A DNA stretch of 64,000 nucleotides from Octopus sinensis (GCF_006345805.1 NC_043001.1:76508001-76572000); one strand, 5' to 3'; counted from the first letter of the stretch, positions 25,688-38,413 are shown. The notes: a model not told the origin generated them from the sequence alone. Program-made: numbers and translations.

Positions 25688-26766
25688 GGCAAATGTACAC
25701 AGGCTCTACATGAAGAGAGGGTGGACGTGGGCTGACTAGCGTACGGGAGTGCGTCAACAGTTATAGAAGAAATATGACAGAATATTTGCCAAATAGCAAA
25801 CAAGCCCTGCTACAGTATGCTGCTAGTGCTTGAGTTAACAAAAATGAACTTGAGAGTGCTCATGAATTCTGATCAAGATCAGCCAACGAGAGAGAAGAAA
25901 CCCTACTCCGTATGGAATCAGATGGTCAGTTCCACCGTGAACCCAATAAATTAAAAGATCAGGAAGCATCATGGAGGTGGCTCAACAAGGGTGACCTAAA
26001 AAAGAATATTGAAAACCTAATCATCGCGGGCCAGGACCAGGCATTGAATACCAGCTCAGTTAAAAAGAATATATACCACACATGTGCATCGGACCTCTGC
26101 AGAATATGTGGAAAGAGGGTTGAAAGTGTAACTCACATTATTAGTGCTTGTGAAAGTCTTGCGCAGAAAGAGTACGAGCGTAAATAGGACAAAGTAGCCC
26201 CAAACCTCCACTGGTTACTATGCCGTAAGTATGGGTATGACGTTACGGGTGCTTGGTACCAACATACATCGGAAAAGGTAATGGACGAAAAGGAGAAGGC
26301 AAAAATCCTTTGGGACTTTGATTTCCAGACAGACAAAGTGTAAGAGCATCGAAGGCCAGATATAGAAACCTTTAGGAAGGACAAACAAGAATGCCTAATA
26401 ATCGACGTAGCAGTGCCAGGAGATCAACACATCATCATGAAAGAGAAAAAGTTGATAAATATGGAGACCTGAGAATTGAGATTGCTAAGATGTGGCAGCT
26501 ATGAGAGTCAAACATAAAGGTTATCCCTGTTGTCATCGGGACACTGGGTTCAATACCACCCAATCTGAAAAAACATCTGAAAACCTTAGAAATACCCTAC
26601 AATCTAGATGTATTGCAAACGTTGGCATTACTTGTAACTGCACGCATATCGCGTAAAATACTGTCTATCTGAGGTCCTCGTGACTTGACAGACAGTACAA
26701 ACCCCCGGTAGAAGCAATATCTTCAATCAACAACCTCACAATATTGTATACTGTGCGATGTCTATG
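25688..26766 (+). mobile_element. R4/Dong-clade LINE 3' fragment (TAA lineage, different subfamily)
   Basis: SWRWLNKGDLKK..LIIAGQDQAL, CRICG..ESVTHIISAC, RRPDI..LIIDVAVP, PVVIGTLG; (TAA)n at 25677-87 and 26767-92. Confidence 0.92.
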
Positions 26767-26793
26767 ATAATAATAATAATAATAATAATAAAT

Positions 26794-27347
26794 GCCCTGA
26801 TGCAGTACCAGGCAGTGGCTCTCATGGCTTCTGATCTTAACTGATTGGAAGTGTTATCATGTACATTGTTTTGTCTTGGTATAAAAGATGGGCTACAGCA
26901 AGTATTCTGCTCAATACCACAGATTTGCTTGTCATTTGTTTGACCTTAACGAGTTGACCAAGTCCCTTAATGGCTGACGATATGTGCATCTCTGATCACG
27001 AGCAGAAGTAGTAGGGGAGCATCATAGCCATGTGTTGAGAGGGATTCTTTGGGGTTTGAATAATTCACCTCTGGAAACATGGGTGGTTCTTTCAACATCC
27101 TTAAACAACCCTTATTCAGGGACCTTTTGAGCGGGATGGGCTACTCAACCTGAAGAAAATTCTAACTGGGCCCCACCTGCAAGGTCATGTGCTGTTTATC
27201 TTGATATGAGATCACCATGTCGCGCACATATGGTTGCGATGCATGTGCCTGGTGTACCCTTATCAGACGGGTAGTCATGATGGGTATATTGGGCTTCGTA
27301 TATTTTACCCCAGTGTCACTTTGATGGCATGAACTGCTCTCTCATTC
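26794..27347. mobile_element. Orphan ~555-bp non-coding interspersed element D, bounded by (AAT)n
   Basis: No ORF, TIR, LTR or tRNA box; central module recurs at 11768-11934. Confidence 0.6.
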
Positions 27348-27388
<41 letters not shown>

Positions 27389-27403
27389 TAATAATAATAA
27401 TAA

Positions 27404-27577
27404 TCCTTTCTACTGGAGGCAAAAGGTTTCAAATTGGTGGGGTGGGGACTAGTCGATTATATCGACCCAGTGTTTCAATGTCGACCTCGGCGGAATTTGA
27501 ACTTAGAACGTAGCGACGGGTGAAATACTGCTAAGCATTTCGTCCAGCGCGCTACCAATCCTGCCAGCTCACCGCCT
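27404..27577 (-). mobile_element. SINE family A
   Basis: Tail CCTTTCTACTGGAGGCAAAAGG, partial core, head GCCAGCTCACCGCCT. Confidence 0.85.
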
Positions 27578-27714
27578 TATTACTACTACTACTACTATTA
27601 CTACTACTACTACCGCCACCACCACCACCATCACTACTACACTACTACTACTACTACTACAGCCACCACCACCACCATCACTACTACTACTACTGCCGCC
27701 ACCACCACCACCAT

Positions 27715-27755
<41 letters not shown>

Positions 27756-28140
27756 ATACTACTACTAATAATAATAATAATGATGATGATGTTGATGAAA
27801 ATGAAGATGTTCTATTTCTTATTATTTCTTCTTTTACATTCTACCCGTAGAGCAATTGCACCGCCATCACCAACAGCAACACCAACTACAAGATCACTAC
27901 CAGCACCAGCACCTCCACGACCAACAACACCCTAACCCCAACACCAGCACCACCAAAAACTACAACACCAACAAGAATGACTCACCGCCATGACCAAGAA
28001 CAACACCACCAACAGCAACACCATCACCACCACCACCACCACCAACAACAACAACAATACTCTAAACAACGGCAGCAACACCATCACCACCACCACCACC
28101 ACCACCACTAGCAACGCCAACACCACCAACAACAATCACA
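27578..28140. repeat. Compound (ACT)n/(ACC)n/(AAT)n/(AAC)n trinucleotide tract
   Basis: Direct reading. Confidence 0.93.
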
Positions 28141-28659
28141 GTAAAAAGGGTTATGTTTGATGTGTAATTCTCTCACCCATTCAGTTAGATAATCAATAAG
28201 AAATATTTAACCCAATATTTTAAACAAAAAAAAAAATTTAAGAAACGAAAGAAAAAGCTGCAAAACAAAAGGATATTTCTTTGCATTTGTAGTCAATATC
28301 TGAATACATTTTGTACAGCTATTATAGTCACCAATATCTGAAAATATTGTATTGGGGTTTCAAAGTACATTTATCTATTGTATTTAGTTGTTCGTGTAAC
28401 GGATTTCATTTGTTTCCATGTAACCCAGAGGTCGTCCAGCATATGAGATATTGAATAGATGCTATCCGCTTACTTAATATCTAAATAACTTGCTAAAAAT
28501 CGAATCAAATATTCGTTATTTTTTTTTATTTTTCTTTTGTATAGAAATCACAAAGGCGGCGAATTAGCAAAGTCGTTAAAGCGTTGGAACAAATGTTTTG
28601 CTGTATTTAGCCCGGCCTTCTACACTCTGAGTTAAAAATTTTACCATGACTAACTTAGT

Positions 28660-28977
28660 CTTTCATCCTTTTCCCTGTCCGACAAAAAGCATTGTGAGTG
28701 GATATGGTAGTCGGAAACTGAAAGAAGCCCATCGTATATATATATATAATATATATATATATATTATATATATATATATATGCGTATAGCTATGTGTGCA
28801 CGTCTTTTTGTTTGTATTTGTACAACCCCACGCGCTACGTGACAACCGATGTCGGCTTGTTTACGTCCACTCAACTTAGCTGTTCGGCAAAAGAAAACCG
28901 ACGGAATAAGCTCCGGGCTCTAAATATAAAAACTGGGATCGATTCGTTCGACAAACGTCACTGCAGTCCAGTGACTG

Positions 28978-29021
<44 letters not shown>

Positions 29022-29110
29022 TGTTTAACCTCACAAACGCTTGAAAACCGGTGCTGGTTTGTTTAGATCCCTGTAACTTAGCGGTTCGACAAAGGACTCG
29101 AAGGACAGGT
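28660..29110 (+). mobile_element. Rearranged SINE family B pieces
   Basis: GGAAACTGAAAGAAGCCC, GACAACCGATG..TTAGCTGTTCGGCAAAAG, and a second partial tail after (TG)n. Confidence 0.75.
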
Positions 29111-29310
29111 ATCAATCTAGGGGGCGAGAAGTTTAGCAGAATTGTTTGAGCGTTAGATTGGGATACATGTCGTATTTGTTTTGGTTCTTTGTTTCTATGC
29201 TCAAATTCTCTTCACTGTGAACGGAGATGGTTCCTTTGATCGTCGAGAAACGCAGCGATGGATAAGTATAAGGGTCAGTTCCGGTTGCGCTGTTGAATTT
29301 ACCAATGGGG

Positions 29311-29567
29311 ATTTACATTATTTACATTTGACGGATATTTGTCCTCATCTTGGTTGTTGTTAACGCAACATTTCGGCTGATATGTCCTCCAGGCTTCATC
29401 AGGTGTCTTGGGGAAATTTCGAACCTGGGTTCTCATTCCTAAGGTATTTTTCGATGTTGTTATTATTATTATTATTATTACTATTATTATTCAGGTCACT
29501 GCTTGGAATGGAACTCGGAATCCTGAGGTGAGTAGCCCGCGCTCTTAACCACTATGCCACATGCCCG
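29311..29567 (-). mobile_element. tRNA-headed SINE-like element (family F) with a hammerhead-bearing tail
   Basis: A box TGGCATAGTGG, degenerate B box GAGTTCCATTCC, (AAT)n spacer, then an HHR motif. Confidence 0.75.
29362..29407 (-). ncRNA. Degenerate minimal type I hammerhead ribozyme (PLE type)
   Basis: GACAC-CTGATGA-A-GCCTGG..TCAGCC-GAAA-TGTT-GCGTT; three point changes away from a canonical fold. Confidence 0.65.
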
Positions 29568-29764
29568 TCAAATGTAAACAATGTAAATAATGTACATAAT
29601 GCCTCATCTCTTAAATAGAGATTTAGTTCTCTGTGTAATAAAGAAGACATCTTCATTTTGCTTCTTAAGATGTCTGTGCTTTCACGTCCACGAGACGTAC
29701 ACATACAAAAACAAATAATGAGGTCTAATATAGTATAAGGTTGTATAGCACGGTATATATGCTG

Positions 29765-30055
29765 GACATTCTGTTGGTTACGACGGCAAGTGTTTCAGTG
29801 TTTGTGAAAGTAACATGTAAGTGGCTGAGCACTCCACAGACATGCGTACCATTAACGTAGTTTTCGGGGAGATTCAACGTGGCACAGAATGTGACAAAAA
29901 ATTTGAATTACAAGTACAACTAATTTTGGACATCCGAGAGACTGGAGTAACGACAAATATAAATACTCAAAAACACAACGCGCCGCCTGGAATCGAACCT
30001 ATGGTTTTACAAACGCGATTCGAATACCCCTAACCACTAAGGAATGCGCCTTCAC
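29765..30055 (-). mobile_element. Degenerate SINE family C, tail type 1
   Basis: GTGGCTGAGCACTCCACAGACATGCGTACC is the reverse complement of the 12200-12230 region; head remnant GGAATCGAACC..CCCTAACCACTAAG. Confidence 0.75.
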
Positions 30056-30074
30056 TATTACAGCATGATATATA

Positions 30075-30670
30075 TTTCTTTATTGCCCACAGGGGGCTTA
30101 ACACAGAGGACAGACAAAGGGATTGAGACGATAACATCGACCCCAGTGCGTAACTTGTACTTATTTAATCGACCTCGAAAGGATGAAAGGTAAAGCCGAC
30201 CTCGGCGGAATTCGAACTCAGAACGTAACGGCAGACGAAATACCGCTAACGATTCTTACTTCTTTATTGCCCACAAGGGGCTAAACATAGAGGGGACAAA
30301 CAAGGACAGACAAAGGTATTAAGTAGATTATATCGACCCCAGTGCATAACTGGTATTTAATTTATCGACTCCGAAAGGATGAAAGGTAAAGTTGACCTCG
30401 GCGGAATTTTTAACTCAGAACGTAGCGGTCGACGCAATACCTATTTCTTTACTACCCACAAGGGGCTAAACACAGAGGGGACAAACAAGGACAGACAAAC
30501 GGATTAAGTCGATTATATCGACTCCAGTGCGCAACTGGTACTTATTTAATCGACCCCGAAAGGATGAAAGGCAAAGTTGACCTCGGCGGAATTTGAACTC
30601 AGAACGTAGCGGCAGACGAAATATCGCTAAGCATTTCGCCCGGCGCGCTAACGATTCTGCCAGCTCGCTG
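30075..30670 (-). mobile_element. SINE family A trimer
   Basis: Three head-to-tail units with tail CCCACAAGGGGCTAAACACAGAGGGGACAAAC. Confidence 0.92.
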
Positions 30671-31105
30671 CTCTAAACAGAGTATTATGATTTAATATAA
30701 GGTTGTATAGCATACTGTGCAGCAGAGCTTAGCTTAGTGTTGAGTATAGTATAATACAGAGTTTATTTTCGTCTATAATGTATTGTAGCATAAATAGCTT
30801 GTCGTCGTCGTCGGCTTTGTCTCGTACTCGAGAATTTATTTTCTTCTTTGCTGAACGCTTCGTTTATGATGGAGTTGATGACGACAATTCTTGCATAGAA
30901 TAGTCGATGGCATAGACTATGTTGGTGGAGGATGAGGTTGATTTTGTCGAGCATTTCTTTCCTGTCGTTTGACATATTCCTTGTAATGATTTTGTATAGA
31001 TAGCTATAGTAATATCCATACTGAAGGGTAGAAAAATGTAGTTAAGTAAATGGCTTAGTGAGAAATAGTGTATTGTGTATTTGTATTTATGTATAACGAT
31101 AAACG

Positions 31106-31423
31106 TCGCCCATTTCAAGCCTAGTCAGGCTCATGGGCCCGGTTTCCCGGTTTCTGTGGTATATGTGTTCCCTCCAGCTGGACGGGACGCCAATCCATCG
31201 CAGCGTAGCTCAAGAAACAGGAAGAGAAAGTGAGAGTAAGTTGTGGCGAAAGAGTACAACAGAAGTCGCCACCACCCCCTACCGGATCCTCGGGGAGTTT
31301 CGAGATGTTTTCGCTCAATTAACACACACAACGCCCGGTCTGGGAATCGAAACCGCGATACCCCGACCGCGATACCCCGACCGCGAGTCCGGTGCCCTCA
31401 CCACTGGGCCATTGCGCCTCCAC
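31106..31423 (-). mobile_element. SINE family C, tail type 2, with a 14-bp internal tandem duplication
   Basis: CATGGGCCCGGTTTCCC..CCAGCTGGACGGGACGCC; ACCGCGATACCCCG repeated at 31352-31386. Confidence 0.85.
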
Positions 31424-31763
31424 GTATTTAAGTATACTATAAGTTAATTTTAGCGGAAGTTAGTAGAGCATGGTAGAGTGAAGTGCAGTATGATATAGTT
31501 AATTGTAGTGTTGTATACTTTGGTACATACTATATTCAACATCACGTGCAATAGACCGTGTGCGGCAAAAACCCCATTACACTCACACTTTTTTGATAAG
31601 CATTTTCAACAGCAAACAGACGGCGTATATTGGTTCCTGCCATGATGGTAACTTTAATAAACAACAAAACATTTGCAACATGAAAATATCATTGCTATTT
31701 GCCTAACTTTATAAGCGTCTCATTAATGGTCGTGTAAAATATGGGCGATTTTTCTGCCGGGCG

Positions 31764-31805
<42 letters not shown>

Positions 31806-32244
31806 GATGTGAGTGCGCACGCGCGTGCGTGTATCCAGTCTAACAGACAATACTACTACAGTTGGTGTATATAATTAAAACCTCAAACGTCGAGTTGTTA
31901 TGAGCAGACATTGATCTTTCAGTTACAGACAGTTAAGTCGTTAATCATTTCTCTACAGTTCAAGTATTTCTCATGTGCACACACACACACACAAACAAAC
32001 AAGTACACAGAAACACAAATAGATACGCACAGATATACATATACACACATACATACATATATATATATACATACACACACACACACACACACACATATAT
32101 ATTCAAATATATACACATAATAATACGTAAAGACTGTGTAAAGATACAGAAATAAAACACACCGAGATTCGGACTCAAACGCAGACAAATATAGATGTAC
32201 AAATATAACAAATTCATAAATATACACATTCACATACAATAATA

Positions 32245-32477
32245 TATTTCTTTACTACCCACAAGGGGCTAAACACAGAGGGGCCAAAGAAGGACAGACA
32301 AACGGATTAAGTCGATTACATCGACCCCAGTGCGTAACTGGTACTTAATTTATCGACCCCGAAAGGATGAAAGGCAAAGTCGACCTCGGCGGAATTTGAA
32401 CCCAGAACGTAACGGCAGACGAAATACGGCTACGCATTTCGCCCGGCGCGCTAACGCTTCTGCCAGCTCGCCGCCTT
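32245..32477 (-). mobile_element. SINE family A, near-consensus full length
   Basis: Complete head, core and tail. Confidence 0.93.
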
Positions 32478-32692
32478 ATATACTTATAATAATAATAAGC
32501 TTATTGTATACAGTGGTCAGGTGCGTGACTCGTTGGAAAAGGGTTAAAAGGAGGAACAAAAAGCAGCCATATATGTCAAGTAAAGAAGGACAGTAATGAA
32601 AGCTAGAAGTACGTGCATAGTACACTGAATAAAACACAAAACAGGAAAGTGAATAGATAAAGAGGGAAGCGTACGCAGGCATATCAGGAGTA

Positions 32693-32930
32693 TTACTCTT
32701 TTACTTGTTTCAGTCATTTTGACTGCGGCCATGCTGGAGCACCGCCTTCAGTCGAGCAAATCGACCCCAGGACTTATACTTTTGTAAGCCTAGTACTTAT
32801 TCTATCGGTCTGTTTTGCAGAACCGCTAAGTTACGGGGACGTAAACACACCACCATCGGTTGTCAAGCGATGTTGGGCGGACAAACACAGACACACACAA
32901 ACACACACACAGACACACAAACACACACAA

Positions 32931-32965
<35 letters not shown>

Positions 32966-33128
32966 CGACGGGCTTCTTTAGGTTTCCATCTACCAAATCT
33001 ACTCATAAGGCTTTGGTCGGCCCGAGGCTATAGTAGAAGACACTTGCCCAAGGTGCCACACAGTGGGAATGAACCCGGAACTATGTGATTGGTAAGCAAG
33101 CTACTTACCACACAGCCACTCCTGCGCC
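32693..33128 (-). mobile_element. SINE family B, full length
   Basis: Head GGCGCAGGAGTGGCTGTGTGGTAAG through tail AAGTAAAAGAGTA, with internal (CA)n. Confidence 0.93.
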
Positions 33129-33422
33129 CTATTGTTGATGAATTTTGGAAAAACTAGAATTGTCGAAGGGGCCAGTGACCAGGCAGCTAAAAACCGATAA
33201 GGTTAGTTTATTTCAATGCTTCGACAATTGTGCTTTAAAAAATGTTTTCGAAAGTTATGAGTGTTGCACTGTTTTTTATTTTTATTTTATAAGCATGACG
33301 ATGAGAGGTAGAGATATTGAAAGAAAAAAGAAACGGTGGCCAAAATTGTTGTTGGAGTAATTGTTGGTGGATAATCTTGTGGGATTCTAACAAGTCAGCT
33401 GCTAGACATCTAAACCTTAGTA

Positions 33423-33754
33423 CAGGGTTTCTCGACTATTTTGATTACTATTTTATTCTGGTGAACCCCCCATAGCTATTTGATGCTTAAAAACTAGTTT
33501 TATAGAAGCTTCTTTCAAAATTTCATTTCTTTCCCCACACATTAACTTGTGTAGGTTGAACTATGTAAAATATTAGAGAAAGAAATCTAGCTGTTTCTTG
33601 CAATACATACCAATACATACATCTTAGGCAAAATTTTTTTTGGGGGCTGTTAGAATATTATTGTAGATTCTTAATTTACTGTTTGGTTGCATGGATCCCC
33701 AAAAGTGTTATATGGACCCTCAGGGGCCATATTGGCCCCGGTTGAGGACCACTG
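33423..33754. mobile_element. hAT (Charlie-like) MITE, 332 bp
   Basis: CAGGGTTTCTCGAC / GTTGAGGACCACTG; 8-bp TSD CCTTAGTA/CTTTAGTG with central TA. Confidence 0.75.
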
Positions 33755-33997
33755 CTTTAGTGTGTCGATATCCAGAGAAGCAGGACATTTTTGCATGCAT
33801 TTACATTTCAAGATATGGTAAGTAACTGGTGGAGAGTATTTGTTACATGTATCTGGACGGCTTCAAGTGGATCGATATTCTGGACAAAACAGGAGTTCCA
33901 TAGAAACTGTAAGAGAAAACGTTACAACAATGTATAGCTTTACACAGATAGACATAGATAATTATCCCCATATAATATAAACGAGCACACACACACT

Positions 33998-34400
33998 TAC
34001 TCTTTTACTTGTTTCAGTCATGTGACTGTGGCCATGCCGGAGCACCGCCTTTCGTCGAGCAAATCGGCCCCAGGACTTATTCTTTGTAAGCCTAGTACAT
34101 ATTCTATCGATCTCTTTTGTCGAACCACTAAGTTACGGGGACGTAAACAGACCAACATCGGTTGTCAAGCGATGTTGGGGGGGGGGACAAACACAGACAT
34201 ACAAATATATACACACACATACATATATACATATATATACATATATACGACGGGCTTCTTTCAGTTTTCGTCTACCAAAACTACTCACAAGGCTTTGGTC
34301 GGCCCGAGGAAGACACTTGCCCAAGGTGCCACGCAGTGGGACTGAACCCAGAACCATGTGGCTGGTAAGCAAACTACTTATCACACAGTCACTCCTACGC
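33998..34400 (-). mobile_element. SINE family B, full length
   Basis: Same motifs as 32693-33128. Confidence 0.92.
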
Positions 34401-34459
34401 TACATTATAAGTTTAGGAATAAATTTTCAAAAACTTTTCTGAATTAAAAAGTTACCTAT

Positions 34460-34462
34460 GTA

Positions 34463-34504
<42 letters not shown>

Positions 34505-34522
34505 ATATATATATAATATATA

Positions 34523-34575
<53 letters not shown>

Positions 34576-34613
34576 ATATTATATATATATATAATATATA
34601 TATATATATAATA

Positions 34614-34657
<44 letters not shown>

Positions 34658-34675
34658 TATAATATATATATAATA
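34460..34675. repeat. (TA)n microsatellite
   Basis: Direct reading. Confidence 0.95.
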
Positions 34676-35104
34676 ATCAGTAGAATAAATCAAAGTGAAT
34701 TCAAACATTTTAAGAATAAAAGGATAAAATATCCAATAAGTCTAAATATATCATATGTAAAGTGTCTTACACTGAAAACTTAAATTTTTTGTTACTATTT
34801 TTATGTTATTTTTCCTTATTTCTTGAATACTGAAGATATTGTTTCGTTTAAATGTCTATAATAAACAACCATCTCATGCTTTTAGTTAATTAACAACAAC
34901 AATCAACAGTTAAAATCTCTTGTTTACCATTTACAAGAGAGGCTGTTCTTTCTCTTGATTTAGTACAGTTTGGCAAAGTTTAAGATACATCATTATAAGT
35001 CATGATTTACAACCGTAGATTTTAGATTGAAATGTAGATAAAAAAAAATATTCGGAATTGCGCTCAAGAATTCTGTGGATATGTTTTTCTCGTATATGAA
35101 CACC

Positions 35105-35185
<81 letters not shown>

Positions 35186-35549
35186 CTTTTTTTCATTGAA
35201 ACTGAATGACTGTCTCGCGACTTCTGTTTCACGCCACTGCAGCCTTCAGGCGAGAGCTTTTGTGCGAAACACGAGTTGCAAGACAAATATTCAGTTTCAG
35301 CTTTAAAGAAACATAAAACATATACTCTACAATGTATATTGAGCACTCCTCATTCATCTGATATAAACTAACGTATGTGTGCAAGTGTCAGTGTGTGCGT
35401 GCGTGTGTGCGCGCGCGCGTGTGTGTACATGCACGCGCATGTCTGCATGAGTCTTGGTGTATGCATGAGTGTGTAGTAAAGTTCAGGTGTATAAGTTTCT
35501 GTATATAAAAATATGTGAACCTATATGTAAGGGTGTTTTGGATTTTCAT

Positions 35550-35676
<127 letters not shown>

Positions 35677-35913
35677 AAATTAAATAATAAGGGTAGACAT
35701 TGATGTTAATCAATTAAAACCAGTGGCTTAACATATTTAAAAAAACCCGAAGATTAAAAATTGCGATACATACAAAATTTAGAGGAATGACCACTAAAGA
35801 AAGTTCTTGAGATACATCTTCGCGGTAATAGCGCTTTGACGTCTATTGTTTAGCATATAGGGTGTTCACTTTAGAGTCATACCTCTAAATTTTGTTATAT
35901 ATATATATATTAT

Positions 35914-35953
<40 letters not shown>

Positions 35954-36771
35954 GATATATATATATATATATATACACATATATATCTCAAAAATTGATT
36001 GAGAACCATACCTAACCATGGGTCTGTTTTGGATAGTCGTTAGTTGTGAGAGTTTTACGAGGTGGAAGTGCAAATCCTACCCCAACCAATTTTAGTCGCT
36101 TTTCACGACACACAGAGGAAAGGTTGGGTCTATTCTTTCATATATTGAACTCCACAGTGCAACATGCTGTTATATAACACTATAATTTCATAATTAGCGA
36201 GGACGGATTAAGTTCAAGACATAAGAACGAATTCTTGGCAGATTTACCTTGTGGTATCTTCAGCCGTTATTAATATTCGAAGACAGAATTACCGAGAAGC
36301 CATATCATACAGAGAAATTGTCATAACCTCCTGCAGAATCTGATCGCGCTCATTTAAAAAAATTTTTGTTTGATTTGCCCACTGCTTTATTTATCGTCGG
36401 CAAAATGTTCTAGAGCATTCTATAAGACATTTGTCAGGAAGATTTCAGCTCACCAGTCGATCTGATTGACTGATCCACAGTCGTGCGAGTTCAATGCCTT
36501 TTACGGAAGCCGTGGTACGAAGCTAGGAAAAATGAATGCGATGGTTGAAGACACATTGCCATTTTACTGCAAGATTTTACACACACACACAAATATACAC
36601 ATATACTCAAATAGAGAAACGGATGCCTACAAACATGTTTCAATCATATACATATAAACCCTTACACACACACACTCTCTCTCCCTCTCTTTCTACATAT
36701 ACACATATATCTACGTGTAGATATATGTGTATATGAGATCTTGCTTTATAGTTCTAAGATAAATTGGTATC

Positions 36772-36993
36772 GGCGAGCTGGCAGAAACGTTAACACGCCG
36801 GGCGAAATGCGCAGCCAGATTTCGTCTGCCGTTACGTTCTGAGTTCAAATTCCGCCGAGGTCGACTTTACCTTTCATCCTTTCGGGGCCGATAAATTAAG
36901 TATCAGTTACGCACTGGGGTCGATGTTATCGACTTAATCCGTTTGTTTGTCCCCTCTGTGTTTAGCCCCTTGTGGGTAGTAAGGAAATAGGTA
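36772..36993 (+). mobile_element. SINE family A, full length
   Basis: GGCGAGCTGGCAGAAACGTT..B box GAGTTCAAATTCC..tail GAAATAGGTAT. Confidence 0.93.
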
Positions 36994-37089
36994 TACCACG
37001 TAGAGCTCTTATTAACTATACCACTCCTACCTGCTGCCGGCATATCCATCAACGCCACCGCCGAGTAACCAACAATAAGCATCAATATT

Positions 37090-37317
37090 ATTTTCAAATT
37101 TTGGCACAAGGCCAGCAATTTCGGGGATGTACCAGTTGAAAGATTAGCACCAGTTGAAAACAGCGATTCAAGTTTTCAACTGGTACTAATTTATTGACCC
37201 CAAAAGGTCGAAAGGAGAAGTTGACTTCGGCGGAATTTGAACTAAGAACGTAAAGACAGACGAAATAGTGTTAAGCATTTCGCCCGGCGTGCTAACGTTT
37301 CTGCCAGTTCGCCGCCT
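37090..37317 (-). mobile_element. SINE family A with a templated-insertion scar
   Basis: Core and head intact; duplicated and inverted ACCAGTTGAAAAC at 37131-37184. Confidence 0.85.
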
Positions 37318-37659
37318 TATATATAACGAATAAATATTAATACCAATGTCAGTAGTAACACCTACGCAACAAATTATACAACCACCAACAACAATAACTA
37401 CGGGACTAATATCACTAGAAACAGTTATATCACCGTAAGTACCAATACCATTATCACTACCACAGCAACCACACCATTACTAATACAAACACTATCACCT
37501 CAACCGTAACAGCCACACCAGCGGCACTAACACGACTACTAATACTACCACTATTATCACGACTACTACTTCCAGCATTATCATCATCGTTATGACCATT
37601 ATAACCCTTATCAATTGCTCTCTTAATATTGTCCCTATGCACACGCGCGCACACACACG

Positions 37660-37708
<49 letters not shown>

Positions 37709-37910
37709 ATGCACATCAGTGTAATTAAGCTAACTTTTTACACTGGCACCATATCAATTCATCTACACACATTTCTATAAATTACATTTGTGTGTGTGTG
37801 TGTGCGTGTGCACCTTTGGTATTTTTCATTTCTAAATGTGCACATCAATATTTTTCTTGATTTCTTTATATGCACATATACTCGCATTTTCACTTGCTCT
37901 CACATAAGTA

Positions 37911-38003
<93 letters not shown>

Positions 38004-38413
38004 GCTTCTGTCTATTTGTCTATGTTTGATATATGTATTTATCTACCATTTTCTTTCTGCCGGATCTCTAAGTTACGAGGACGTAAGCAAACCAACACCG
38101 TTAGTTAAGAAGTGGTGGGTGGACACACACACACACACGCACACCCACACTCACACCCATGAACACCCACATATATACAAATGTATATAGACACATGCAT
38201 ATACACATGTATATAGACATATACATACAAACATATACATATGTACACACATATACATATGTACACACACATACACATATACACTGTATATACATATGTA
38301 TGTGTATGTGCGTGTGTTTATATATATATGTATGTGTGTATAAACATCTATGTATGTTAAATGCCAATATCATCGTCTCTTAGAGGACAGCCACATTAAA
38401 TTGGCTACAGGCA

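Noticed and set aside
26794-26870. HDV-like or hammerhead ribozyme at the end of element D
   Set aside because: I could not build P1/P2/P3 pairings or a GAAA core by eye.
30763-31022. Possible minus-strand exon after a strong TTTTTCTACCCTTCAG acceptor
   Set aside because: Two frames are open, there is no convincing donor or homology, and I cannot link it to other exons.
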